Part shown: piece by piece, positions 28,691-37,338 of the stretch | How the letters are laid out: each line of letters begins with the position of its first letter | How positions within the stretch are numbered: position 1 is the first letter of the stretch | DNA from: an uncultured Oscillospiraceae bacterium | Lineage (GTDB): Bacteria; Bacillota; Clostridia; Oscillospirales; Oscillospiraceae | Assembly: GCA_964553775.1 (NCBI GenBank) | Contig: CAZKLU010000003.1 | Location: 171 to 64,170, forward strand | Length of the DNA: 64,000 bases | Direction of reading: 5' to 3' | Translations under genes and position numbers: made by a program | The notes under the pieces: model-generated | Databases searched by the model: none | What the model saw: the letters and a program-made list of their open reading frames with translations, nothing else | What the model was told of the DNA's origin: nothing

Positions 28691-28896
28691 CCGCCTACCG
28701 GCTTGTCTCCTGCCTGACGGAACGAGAGGTGTTCCCTGGGAGCAAATGGCAGACTGCCGACTTTCAATTCAGCAAGAAGTTCCGCCACGGAAATCAATAT
28801 TAAGTTGATTTCCGCTCGACATCACTTCATACGCTCTATGCTACACACTGCGTTCGCCGACAGGTTCTTTAGGGTGCCTGCGGTATAGGATGGCGG
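28691..28896. ncRNA. Candidate structured RNA of about 205 nt (rod-like fold). Class and strand are unresolved.
   Basis: The two ends pair in three segments: CCGCC/GGCGG, TACCG/CGGTA and CCTGACGG/CCGACAGG. A perfect 10-bp apical hairpin (CGGAAATCAA/TTGATTTCCG) lies at 28788-28814. There is no ORF. Confidence 0.35.
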
Positions 28897-28900
28897 TCTT

Positions 28901-29641
28901 TTACAGCCCGCTTTCATCGAAATTTGATTCCAGTCTGGCTCTCAGTTTTCCAAGTGCGCGTTTCTCTATTCGCGATACATACGACCGTGATATACCGCAT
29001 ATTTCCGCAGTTTCTTTCTGCGTCTTGCGTTTTCTGCCGTCAAGACCGTAGCGCAGCACTATTATTTCACGTTCCCTTTCGTCAAGAGCGGTTTTGATGT
29101 ATTTGTGAAGCTGACTGTAAATTTCCTGTGAGCTTATTCTTTCAAGTATATCCTCCTCCGTTACCGCGCTGCTTCCTCCACTTATTACGGTTCCCTGCAT
29201 TGACACCACATCCATCAGCGACAAACCGCCCTCATCATCTGACGAGGCTTCTGACAGCGAGACATCATTCGCGGATTTACGCAGACTGCGAAAGTGCATT
29301 AGTATCTCGTTTTCTATACATCTGCTGGTGTATGTAGCAAGTCTGGTCCCCTTCTCCGGCTTATAAGTTGATATACCCTTGATAAGCCCTATAGTGCCTA
29401 TTGATATTAAATCATCCTGATCGCTTGTGTGAGTATAATACTTCTTGATTATATGCGCCACAAGTCTCATATTCCTCTCAATAAGTATGTTCCGCGCCTC
29501 CATGTCACCGTTCAGGTAACGCTCTATGTACTCCCGCTCCTCGGCGGGTGTCAGCGGCTTTGGAAAAGAACCCGTAACATTTCCGGCTCTCAGTAGCAAA
29601 AACGGATATGCAAGCAACGCCGCAAATACTGCCGACAACAT
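28901..29641 (-). CDS. sigK: Sporulation sigma factor SigK (pro-sigma-K), uninterrupted
   Basis: The pro-sequence and cleavage region (FAALLAYPFLLLRAGNVTGSFPKPLTPAEE) parallel B. subtilis pro-sigma-K (..NNAFPQPLSSSEE). Also present: LIERNMRLVAHIIKKY, GTIGLIKG and the region 4 sequence ISRSYVSRIEKRAL. Confidence 0.85.
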   Translation of the reverse strand: MLSAVFAALLAYPFLLLRAGNVTGSFPKPLTPAEEREYIERYLNGDMEARNILIERNMRLVAHIIKKYYTHTSDQDDLISIGTIGLIKGISTYKPEKGTRLATYTSRCIENEILMHFRSLRKSANDVSLSEASSDDEGGLSLMDVVSMQGTVISGGSSAVTEEDILERISSQEIYSQLHKYIKTALDEREREIIVLRYGLDGRKRKTQKETAEICGISRSYVSRIEKRALGKLRARLESNFDESGL

Positions 29642-29776
29642 CTATATCACCCCTAAATTCGACTGTTTTATCATATTCACACTCAATCGTAAATATTCGG
29701 TCTATCTTGAGTATACGCGGCATATAATGCTTACAGATTCCCAAGGGACAAACGGCAGAGTTGGAAGTGGTAAAAA

Positions 29777-30031
29777 TTGAGAGTTGACATTGAGAAGCGG
29801 GTAATAGAGCTTGCGGAGTACATAGCCGAAAATCACGCGACAGTCAGGGCGGCAGCGAAGCAGTATAACGTCTCTAAAAGCACAGTTCATAAGGATGTCA
29901 GCGAACGGCTTAAAGAGCTTGATTTCTCCTTATACAGTAAGGTCAAGGATGTTCTGGAATTTAACAAGGCGGAGCGTCACATTCGTGGCGGACTTGCCAC
30001 AAGGAGAAAGTATAAGGGCATGAGGGAATGA
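29777..30031 (+). CDS. spoIIID: Sporulation transcriptional regulator SpoIIID
   Basis: RVIELAEYIAENHATVRAAAKQYNVSKSTVHKDVSERL...RHIRGGLATRRKYK closely parallels B. subtilis SpoIIID. The start codon is TTG. Confidence 0.9.
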   Translation: MRVDIEKRVIELAEYIAENHATVRAAAKQYNVSKSTVHKDVSERLKELDFSLYSKVKDVLEFNKAERHIRGGLATRRKYKGMRE

Positions 30032-30183
30032 AAGGTGATGAGTGAACGGTTGCTATGGAATAGCAGAAAAGCAAGCAGCAAAGTGGAACGCTGAAAATCT
30101 GAAAATATTATTCTTTTGCTTCACAGTGTTCAAAGGTTAATTATTTGCAAATACTAATTACCTCTATGAAAGGAGCAACATCT

Positions 30184-31224
30184 ATGAAATCATCGTATGA
30201 AACGCATTTTTTCCTTGGCGCGAATACTCCAAATGGCTTCTATTCGCTTTATGATGACTTCGTTGACACTGTATCTGACCGTCTTTATGTAATCAAGGCG
30301 GGTCCGGGGTGCGGGAAATCGTCATTTATCCGGAAAGTAGCCGAGGGTGTTCACGCTGTAGGCAATTCAGTTGAATATATTCACTGCTCAGGTGATCCGG
30401 ATTCTCTTGACGGAGCGTATTTTCCTGAACTGAAAGCCGGTATTGTAGATGGTACATCTCCGCACGTTATTGAACCGACTTATCACGGCGCAACCGGAGA
30501 GTACATCGACATTGGAGCGTTTTTCAACAATGACAAGGCTGTCGAGAACCGTGATGCCGTTATAGAGCTTACGGATGCCTACAAAAAAGCGTATGACCGG
30601 GCATTTAAGATGCTTGCTGCTTATGTTTCGACAAGCGATGCTCTTGAGGAACCGGCTGATCCCAACACTCTTGAAACTGTTGAAAAGCGCGTCATGGGCA
30701 TTGTCTCAAGAGAATTTAAGGACACCGGAATACGCAACGCCGCAACTAAACGCCGTTTTCTCTCAGCGATAACCTGTCGCGGCAGAATATGCAAATACGA
30801 GACGGTGCCGGAGCTTGCGGATCGCGTGTATGTGTTCGACAACGACTGTGGTTACGGCACGTTCGCGGTTGAAAAGCTGTCCAACATCGCCGTAGAGTGC
30901 GGGTACAGCATTATACGCTGTCAGTCACCGCTGTGTCCCGTGCATACAGAACATCTTATTATACCGAAGCTGGATTTGGCATTCGTTACGCAGACTTCCA
31001 ATTTCCCATACAACGGTGAAATCTATCGTCACCTGAGATTCGATGCCGCAATAAGTAAACGTACCGCCGCGAAGCTGCCGGAGACAATTTTCAACGAGGT
31101 CATTGAGTCTCTTTCGAAAGCCAAATCGTACCATGACAGACTTGAGCAGGTCAATAACCCATATGTGGACTTCCGTGGCATTTCGGAGCTTGCGGATAAG
31201 TACATTGATAAGCTGACGCGATGA
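30184..31224 (+). CDS. P-loop ATPase of unknown function (PRK06851-like)
   Basis: Walker A GPGCGKSS. Start is ATG 30184 behind GAAAGGAG. I recognise no other domain. Confidence 0.65.
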   Translation: MKSSYETHFFLGANTPNGFYSLYDDFVDTVSDRLYVIKAGPGCGKSSFIRKVAEGVHAVGNSVEYIHCSGDPDSLDGAYFPELKAGIVDGTSPHVIEPTYHGATGEYIDIGAFFNNDKAVENRDAVIELTDAYKKAYDRAFKMLAAYVSTSDALEEPADPNTLETVEKRVMGIVSREFKDTGIRNAATKRRFLSAITCRGRICKYETVPELADRVYVFDNDCGYGTFAVEKLSNIAVECGYSIIRCQSPLCPVHTEHLIIPKLDLAFVTQTSNFPYNGEIYRHLRFDAAISKRTAAKLPETIFNEVIESLSKAKSYHDRLEQVNNPYVDFRGISELADKYIDKLTR

Positions 31225-31513
31225 TCTGTTGAAACTTCTCGCTCTGCGCGGTTGAGACGAGAACGCAAATATCAGCGTTTTTATCGAATGTAAGAAATTG
31301 TTGGACGCTTTTTACTGCGGAACTCTCTCACGGTGATACACCTGCAAATGTTTGAACCGTCTTTAAGCAGTATAGGGAATCCATACTTGCAGTTTCGCGT
31401 AAATGTTCCTCTTAAAAGAAAAACCTAAGACATGAAGTGCCAACTGGGGATTGCGTCCATATTGAAACATTTCGTTGAATTATGAGTGCGTATCTAAAGG
31501 ATATATCTACGCA

Positions 31514-31543
31514 AAAATCCCCGTTCCTTTATCGGGAACGGGG
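31514..31543 (-). terminator. Rho-independent terminator of clpC
   Basis: Minus strand: CCCCGTTCC-cgataa-GGAACGGGG followed by ATTTTT. Confidence 0.8.
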
Positions 31544-31564
31544 ATCGCTCTGTTAATAAAATGT

Positions 31565-34009
31565 TTAGGCGACTTTTACCTCGCCGTTTTCTACACTGAC
31601 AGAAACCTTGCCGTTTTCCTTAATACTGCCGTCAAGCATTTTCTCGGCTATGCTGTCCTCAACTGTACTTTGTATCTTGCGCCGCAACGGTCTCGCGCCG
31701 TAAATCGGGTCGTAGCCTTTCTCAGCAAGAGTCGCGACTGCTTCATCCGTGACTGTAATTTCAAGTCCCATATTGCGTACACGCTCCTCAACTGTCTCAA
31801 GCATTCCCCTGCATATCTTCTCAAGTTCCTCTTTGGTGAGTCTGCGGAAAACTATAGTATCGTCTATACGGTTCAGAAACTCCGGCTTGAATGTTCGGCG
31901 AAGATCGCCCATAACCGCCTCGCGAATCTTCTCATAGCTCACATCGCTGCCCTCTTCGCTGGTGCCTCCCACCTCGAATCCAAGAGGCTTTTCCTTGTCG
32001 GTTATATTCTTCGCGCCAACATTAGAGGTCATTATGATTATCGTGTTCTTGAAATCAACGTGCCGCCCCTGAGAGTCTGTGAGTCTGCCGTCCTCCATAA
32101 TCTGTAGCATGATATTGAATACATCCTCGTGCGCTTTCTCAATCTCATCGAACAGAATAACTGAATACGGGTGGCGACGTACCTTCTCCGTGAGTTGACC
32201 GCCCTCCTCGTAGCCGACATAACCGGGTGGCGAACCTATGAGTTTCGACACAGTATGCTTCTCCATGTACTCAGACATATCGACACGAATCATGGCATTC
32301 TCGTCACCAAACATAGCCTCCGCAAGTGCTTTGGCAAGCTGCGTCTTGCCAACGCCGGTTGGACCCAAGAAGAGGAACGACCCTATCGGACGCTTCGGAT
32401 CCTTCAGACCAACTCTGCCCCTTCTTATCGCTTTCGCAACAGCCGAAACAGCCTCGTCCTGACCTATGACGCGCTTGTGAAGTATCTCCTCCATGTGAAG
32501 AAGTCTCTCGCTCTCGTCCTCTGTGAGCGTTGTGACGGGAATACCCGTCCAGCCGGACACAACGGCGGCTATATCCTCAGCGCGCACCTGCTTGCCGCCG
32601 GTCTTGCCGCTTGTCCATTCCTCTCTGAGCTTATCAAGCTCCTGACGCTTCTGCCGCTCGTTATCGCGTATACTTGCGGCGCGTTCAAAATCCTGATTCC
32701 TGACAGCCGCCTCCTTCTCTGCGGATAGAGACGATATTTCGCTCTCCAAAAGTTTCAAATCCGGCGGCAGCTTCAATTCCTCCATGCGTACACGGGATGC
32801 CGCTTCATCAACCAGATCTATAGCCTTATCGGGAAGGAATCTATCACTGATATACCTCGATGAGAGATTCACAGCCGCGTCTATTGCCTCATCTGTAATC
32901 TTGAGCTTGTGGTGCGCTTCATATCTGTCTCGAAGTCCCTTGAGGATCTCAACAGTTTCCTCGCACGTCGGCTCGTCAACCTGAACAGGCTGGAAACGAC
33001 GCTCCAACGCCGCGTCCTTCTCAATATACCGGCGATACTCGTTCAGTGTGGTTGCGCCTATAACCTGAATCTCACCACGCGAAAGAGCGGGTTTCAGAAT
33101 ATTGGATGCGTCTATGGCACCCTCTGCGGAACCGGCACCGATTATTGTGTGAAGCTCATCTATAAAGAGTATAACATCTCCTGCTTTTTTGACTTCCTCA
33201 AGCGCATTCTTGATGCGCTCCTCAAAATCGCCACGGTACTTTGTACCCGCCACCATACTTGAAAGATCCAAAGCGACAACACGTTTATTGATAAGATTTT
33301 CAGGAACATCACCTGATACGATTTTCTCCGCAAGTCCCTCCGCTATAGCTGTCTTGCCAACGCCCGGTTCTCCGATTAAGACCGGATTATTCTTTGTCCT
33401 GCGCGACAATATCTGAATAACTCTCTGAATCTCTCTTTCGCGACCCACCACGGGGTCAAGCTCACCATGTGACGCGCTGACGGTAAGGTCACGCGAGAAC
33501 TGGTCAAGTGTCTTTGTGTCAGGGTGGCGAACACTGTCTCTGTCACGAGCGGCGGCTTTTTTGAGCTTCTCCGGCGTGAAGAGGTTCAGAATATCTGTGT
33601 AGAGCTTGTTGGGATCCGCGCCGGAGGTGACAATAATCTTTGACGCAACACTGTCGTACTCACGCAGAATACCCATCAGAAGATGCTCCGTGCCAACGTA
33701 ACTGTGACCAAGACGCACCGATTCGGCTGCCGCAAGCTCTATAATTCGTTTCGCCCGCGGGGTAAGACCCTGAACTGTTGTGGAACCGCCCTCGCCGCGT
33801 CCGACATACTTCTCTATAGAAGCCTTGATAAGTTCCGGTGTCAGTCCGGCTTCTCTCAGAACTCTCGCCGCTGTACCGCCGCCCTCAACCGCTATGCCAA
33901 GTAATATATGCTCACTGCCAACGTAAGCCTGTCCAAGCTCCGCCGCGCTGTCGTGGGCTATGTTGAATACGCGCTTTGCGTACTCCGTGAATCTGTCTTC
34001 AAATCTCAT
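31565..34009 (-). CDS. clpC: ATP-dependent Clp protease ATP-binding subunit ClpC
   Basis: Two Clp_N repeats, two AAA+ modules ([16 protein letters not shown]) and a UVR linker. Start is ATG 34009 behind GAGGAGG. Confidence 0.95.
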   Translation of the reverse strand: MRFEDRFTEYAKRVFNIAHDSAAELGQAYVGSEHILLGIAVEGGGTAARVLREAGLTPELIKASIEKYVGRGEGGSTTVQGLTPRAKRIIELAAAESVRLGHSYVGTEHLLMGILREYDSVASKIIVTSGADPNKLYTDILNLFTPEKLKKAAARDRDSVRHPDTKTLDQFSRDLTVSASHGELDPVVGREREIQRVIQILSRRTKNNPVLIGEPGVGKTAIAEGLAEKIVSGDVPENLINKRVVALDLSSMVAGTKYRGDFEERIKNALEEVKKAGDVILFIDELHTIIGAGSAEGAIDASNILKPALSRGEIQVIGATTLNEYRRYIEKDAALERRFQPVQVDEPTCEETVEILKGLRDRYEAHHKLKITDEAIDAAVNLSSRYISDRFLPDKAIDLVDEAASRVRMEELKLPPDLKLLESEISSLSAEKEAAVRNQDFERAASIRDNERQKRQELDKLREEWTSGKTGGKQVRAEDIAAVVSGWTGIPVTTLTEDESERLLHMEEILHKRVIGQDEAVSAVAKAIRRGRVGLKDPKRPIGSFLFLGPTGVGKTQLAKALAEAMFGDENAMIRVDMSEYMEKHTVSKLIGSPPGYVGYEEGGQLTEKVRRHPYSVILFDEIEKAHEDVFNIMLQIMEDGRLTDSQGRHVDFKNTIIIMTSNVGAKNITDKEKPLGFEVGGTSEEGSDVSYEKIREAVMGDLRRTFKPEFLNRIDDTIVFRRLTKEELEKICRGMLETVEERVRNMGLEITVTDEAVATLAEKGYDPIYGARPLRRKIQSTVEDSIAEKMLDGSIKENGKVSVSVENGEVKVA

Positions 34010-34174
34010 ATTAACGCCTCCTCTTGCGTATTTTTCGGCGGTTGATATAATCACCAATCAACCGCCGAGTTTATTATTGACCGCTTTGCTCTTTATAAGA
34101 CGGAAAAACCGATAAAATATGTTTCGATTTATCGTCTGCCGTGAAATTAACCAATTCTGACCTTTGAGAAGCGG

Positions 34175-34708
34175 CTATTGTTTGTTTTCCATTGATTTAA
34201 GCTGGTCACGCAGCTTGGCTGCTGTCTCGTAATCCTCATTTTCAGCGGCGGATTTCATTTTCTCGCGGATCGAGTTTATCTCACGCTGGCGGGAAAGCTC
34301 AGGGTCAACAGCCGCGCAGCTGCCCGCAGCGGTATCAGGAGCCGCAGGTTCGCGTACCGTTCTCATAGTGTTCGGAGCATAGATCCGGTATGTCGGGAAA
34401 AATCCCATCATAGGTCTCATAAAACCTCCCATCATTCTGTTCATCATATTGCCCATGTTGAAGAAATCATCGTCAAAGAAGCCATCATTGTCAAAGAAGC
34501 TGTCATCATCAAAGAAGCTGTTTCCAACGAGAGCGTTCATCGGCTCCTCAAATCCGCCGAAAAGTTCTTTCGCGTCGGCAGCGAACTGACGCTCAGGATG
34601 GAGCTTCTTAGCGCATTCGCTGCAAAGGTGCTGTTCAGTCACCTTTCCGTTGATACTGTATTTATAATGGCAGTTAGCATTGTTTATGCCGCAATTTGTG
34701 CATTTCAT
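34175..34708 (-). CDS. UvrB/UvrC-motif protein, a McsA-like zinc-finger protein with an F/D/M-rich low-complexity core
   Basis: N-terminal CTNCG...C....CSECA. C-terminal UVR motif ENEDYETAAKLRDQLKSM. The middle reads FFDDDSFFDNDGFFDDDFFNMGNMMNRMMGGFMRPMMGFF. Confidence 0.7.
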   Translation of the reverse strand: MKCTNCGINNANCHYKYSINGKVTEQHLCSECAKKLHPERQFAADAKELFGGFEEPMNALVGNSFFDDDSFFDNDGFFDDDFFNMGNMMNRMMGGFMRPMMGFFPTYRIYAPNTMRTVREPAAPDTAAGSCAAVDPELSRQREINSIREKMKSAAENEDYETAAKLRDQLKSMENKQ

Positions 34709-34942
34709 AATTATAATCTCCTTTCAGATTGTTGTGTAATTTGTTGTTGTGTTTTATAATGATTGTGTTTTCTTTATACTCGTGAGCCTGCCGTGTATAT
34801 CAACGTGTACGCGGCAATTTAATAAACATCAATACTCAACGGTATAATTGTAACGAACTTTCGGTGTGTTTATACTTTCTTGGACAAGTTTGTTTAGACA
34901 CGATACCAAGTCCCGCAAACATTTGAGCGGACATTCAGAACT

Positions 34943-35395
34943 TCAACGAAGTGCCGCAAGGAGCATTTGCTTCATAACCGATGCTCTCACGCTGTCTCTG
35001 CTGTGTGGCTCTACCGGTTTCATAGCCGCGTCACCTATAGCCGCAAGCATTACTCCGGCAGCGTCATCACTCAGAACACCGGCTGACACGCAAGCCTGCA
35101 ACATAGCTGTCGCTGACCGTAAGTCTATCGTGTCACCTATAGCGTTCACAGTGTGCATAAGCAGAAGCTCCGAGCTAATCGGTACTCTGTGTATTCTTAT
35201 GTACCCGCCGGATCCGCGTCTCGATTCAACTACATACCCGCGCTCCGGTGAGAAGCGCGTAGCTATTACATAGTTTATCTGACTTGGGACACACCCAAAC
35301 CTGTTTGCCAAATCATTTCGGCGTACCTCCGCAGTGTCGTCCTCGCGTAACATTTCATCTATAAAGTCCGCTATCATGTCGCTCAGACCCATCAT
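34943..35395 (-). CDS. ctsR: Class III stress-gene repressor CtsR
   Basis: LSDMIADFI....R..LANRFGCVPSQINYVIATRFSPERGYVVESRRGSGGYIRI. Start is ATG 35395 or 35392, behind AAGGAGAG. Confidence 0.9.
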   Translation of the reverse strand: MMGLSDMIADFIDEMLREDDTAEVRRNDLANRFGCVPSQINYVIATRFSPERGYVVESRRGSGGYIRIHRVPISSELLLMHTVNAIGDTIDLRSATAMLQACVSAGVLSDDAAGVMLAAIGDAAMKPVEPHSRDSVRASVMKQMLLAALR

Positions 35396-35428
35396 CCCGT
35401 CTCGCTCTCCTTTACTTCTGTATCTGTG

Positions 35429-35451
35429 TTTGACTTTGACCTTCTTTGACC
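35429..35451 (-). promoter_or_regulatory. CtsR operator (tandem heptad direct repeat)
   Basis: Minus strand: GGTCAAAGAAGGTCAAAGTCAAA, matching the consensus A/GGTCAAA-NAN-A/GGTCAAA. It lies just downstream of the -10 box. An extra GGTCAAA heptad at 35499-35505 lies upstream of the -35. Confidence 0.8.
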
Positions 35452-35462
35452 TTTCGAGTGTT

Positions 35463-35491
35463 ATTATACAGCATTGGTCAGAAAACGTCAA
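35463..35491 (-). promoter_or_regulatory. Sigma-A promoter of the ctsR operon
   Basis: Minus strand: TTGACG - 17 nt - TATAAT. Confidence 0.75.
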
Positions 35492-35880
35492 TACCCATTT
35501 TGACCAATTATGAATGATTAAAAGTGATTAGCTCACTTAATCTTTTATTTTCTCTTTCTTTCTTATTTTTTCAAAAAGTTTCGCGAGTTTGACTTTTTAT
35601 TTCTTTGTGAAAAAGGATGTAGAGTCGGACGGCAACTATAATCTATAAAAGTAGCTTTAGTCACCGCCGGTGAACAGATGGTTTTCGCTATTATCTGCTA
35701 TAAAAAACGCTATATTGGGCAGATAGCAGCCTTTTTCCGACAGAACACACATTTTTCATGGCAAAAGGCACTTGGCACTTCATCATAATATATAAATATT
35801 ATAGCAGATACATACAGTGGCGTATATTCGGGCAACTGGTTTCATGTAGATGTTGGGTACGTTACAGAAAAAGGGCATGA

Positions 35881-36285
35881 TGGACAGTGCAGGAGACTAC
35901 CTACTATATAAACAGCGGTACAGCTTCTTCGACCTCCGTATAGGCTGCGTCCGGAGCTGCAATCTGCACACTTCCAGCAGTGACAAGAGACGGATTTATG
36001 TTCATAAGATGGTTCACTGAGACTTCATACGGTATACAAATCACAGACGCAACAGTGGTTACAGGTACTATGACTGTGTACGCGCATTAGAACAAATCCA
36101 GCGAACCATGCGTGGTTAATATAATCGATTACGCTCTTTTGGAAGATTCGGAACTGAAAGTAGAATTATACGGCTTCACAGCAGATATACAGGAAATTTA
36201 TATTGAAGAATCAGCAAAGGTTTTCTCAGAGAACGATCTTGCGGCTGACGATATAGCTGTTGAAAATGATGGAGTGTATTTTTAA
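35881..36285 (+). pseudogene. Decayed fragment of a cell-surface protein carrying Listeria-Bacteroides (Flg_new) type repeats
   Basis: One frame reads WTVQETTYYINSGTASSTSV*AAS..LPAVTRDGFMFIRWFTETSYGIQITDATVVTGTMTVYAH*NKS... The repeat signature G(Y/F)xFxxW(Y/F)T....i....v..dmT(l/v)YAxW is visible. The expected W codon is TAG at 36088, and a second in-frame TAG lies at 35941. No start codon, signal peptide or anchor is present. Confidence 0.5.
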
Positions 36286-36619
36286 GGTAACACTTTCCGA
36301 AGGCTCACCCTGCACCACAGCATATTGCGTTACTACACACGGGGTACCGATTCACGCAACCTGGACTCCCATGTGGTGGATCCATTCACAAATGGAGAAT
36401 TAGTCCATGTATATTACTCACACAATAATTTCGGTTCTGACGAAGACGATGAGAACATCTGTAAGGTGCCGTTATCTATATATTTACGGCTACAACTTAT
36501 TCCAGACTACGGGTATGTGCTGTGACTTTGAAATCTACTCGCGCTGCCTCACTTTCACCAAATTCTCTACTGTCTGCACATCTTTACACAGTTAAATTAG
36601 ACAAACTTTCTCTCACCCC

Positions 36620-36648
36620 TTGACAAACACTTTCTAACGTGATATACT
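36620..36648 (+). promoter_or_regulatory. Sigma-A promoter of the feo operon
   Basis: TTGACA - 17 nt - TATACT, with extended -10 TGa. Confidence 0.7.
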
Positions 36649-36650
36649 CT

Positions 36651-36682
36651 TTAACAGTTAGTTTAGCAAAACTAACTGTTAA
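36651..36682 (+). promoter_or_regulatory. 32-bp palindrome at about +1 of the feo promoter: a candidate metalloregulator operator or a 5'-terminal RNA hairpin
   Basis: TTAACAGTTAGTTT-AGCA-AAACTAACTGTTAA, with perfect 14-bp arms. Confidence 0.5.
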
Positions 36683-36815
36683 ACTTGCTTTACTTGCTTA
36701 AAGTGAGGACTTTATCGGTTGCGTGTCAAGTTTTAGTGTCTGGTTTATGTTTTGAGCCGGAAGGTTAGTATCTTCTAACATACGCTGTCGAACTTTCAAA
36801 AAGAGGTGACAAGAA

Positions 36816-37031
36816 ATGATGCCTTTGTCTATGGCGGCAAACGGGGATTGCGGGGTTATATTCAAAATAACCGGCAAAGACGATGTACGCCAGCATTTAG
36901 CGGAGCTTGGGTTTGTCAAGGGCGCGGAAGTCAGCGTTGTGAGTACTATCGGAAGCAACATGATATTGTCGGTAAAGGACAGCCGCGTTGCTCTTGACAG
37001 AACAATGGCAAACAGAATAATAGTAGAATAA
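36816..37031 (+). CDS. feoA: Ferrous iron transport protein FeoA
   Basis: SH3-like FeoA pattern: G....I..I......R..L.ELGF.kG..V. Confidence 0.85.
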   Translation: MMPLSMAANGDCGVIFKITGKDDVRQHLAELGFVKGAEVSVVSTIGSNMILSVKDSRVALDRTMANRIIVE

Positions 37032-37043
37032 GGGGGAGACTGC

Positions 37044-37265
37044 ATGAAAACATTAAAGGATGTTTCCGTAGGCGAAACCGTAACAGCAATTAAGCTGCAC
37101 GGCGAGGGCGCGCTTAAACGGCGCATTATGGACATGGGCGTAACTAAGGGAGTGGACATATACGTCCGCAAAGTGGCTCCGCTTGGTGACCCCATAGAGG
37201 TAACAGTACGCGGGTACGAACTGAGTATACGCAAGTCCGATGCCGAAATGATTGAGGTTTCGTAA
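37044..37265 (+). CDS. feoA: Ferrous iron transport protein FeoA (second copy)
   Basis: LKDVSVGETVTAIKLHGEGALKRRIMDMGVTKGVDIYV. Confidence 0.85.
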   Translation: MKTLKDVSVGETVTAIKLHGEGALKRRIMDMGVTKGVDIYVRKVAPLGDPIEVTVRGYELSIRKSDAEMIEVS

Positions 37266-37338
37266 ATCCGCTCTATGGCGGTATAAATTTACAGTTCGCG
37301 TATATACATATTATAAGCAATAAGGAGGACGGAGGCTT

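Noticed and set aside
28691-28896. Possible cobalamin riboswitch, SRP RNA, RNase P or tmRNA identity for the structured spacer
   Set aside because: The sequence GUCAGGCAGGAGAC superficially resembles the B12 box, but the GCCACUG and GGGAA..GGUG core elements are missing. The SRP domain IV motif (GGAAGGAAGCAGC), the RNase P motif GAGGAAAGUCC and the tmRNA termini are all absent. A 6S-like fold can be neither confirmed nor excluded by eye.
28901-29641. Possible skin-type intervening element or a large insertion in sigK
   Set aside because: The gene is one continuous frame of normal length, collinear with B. subtilis pro-sigma-K. There is no recombinase nearby.
36600-36700. Fur box at the feo promoter
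   Set aside because: No acceptable match to GATAATGATAATCATTATC or its 7-1-7 core. The palindrome present has a different sequence and is reported as a separate finding.
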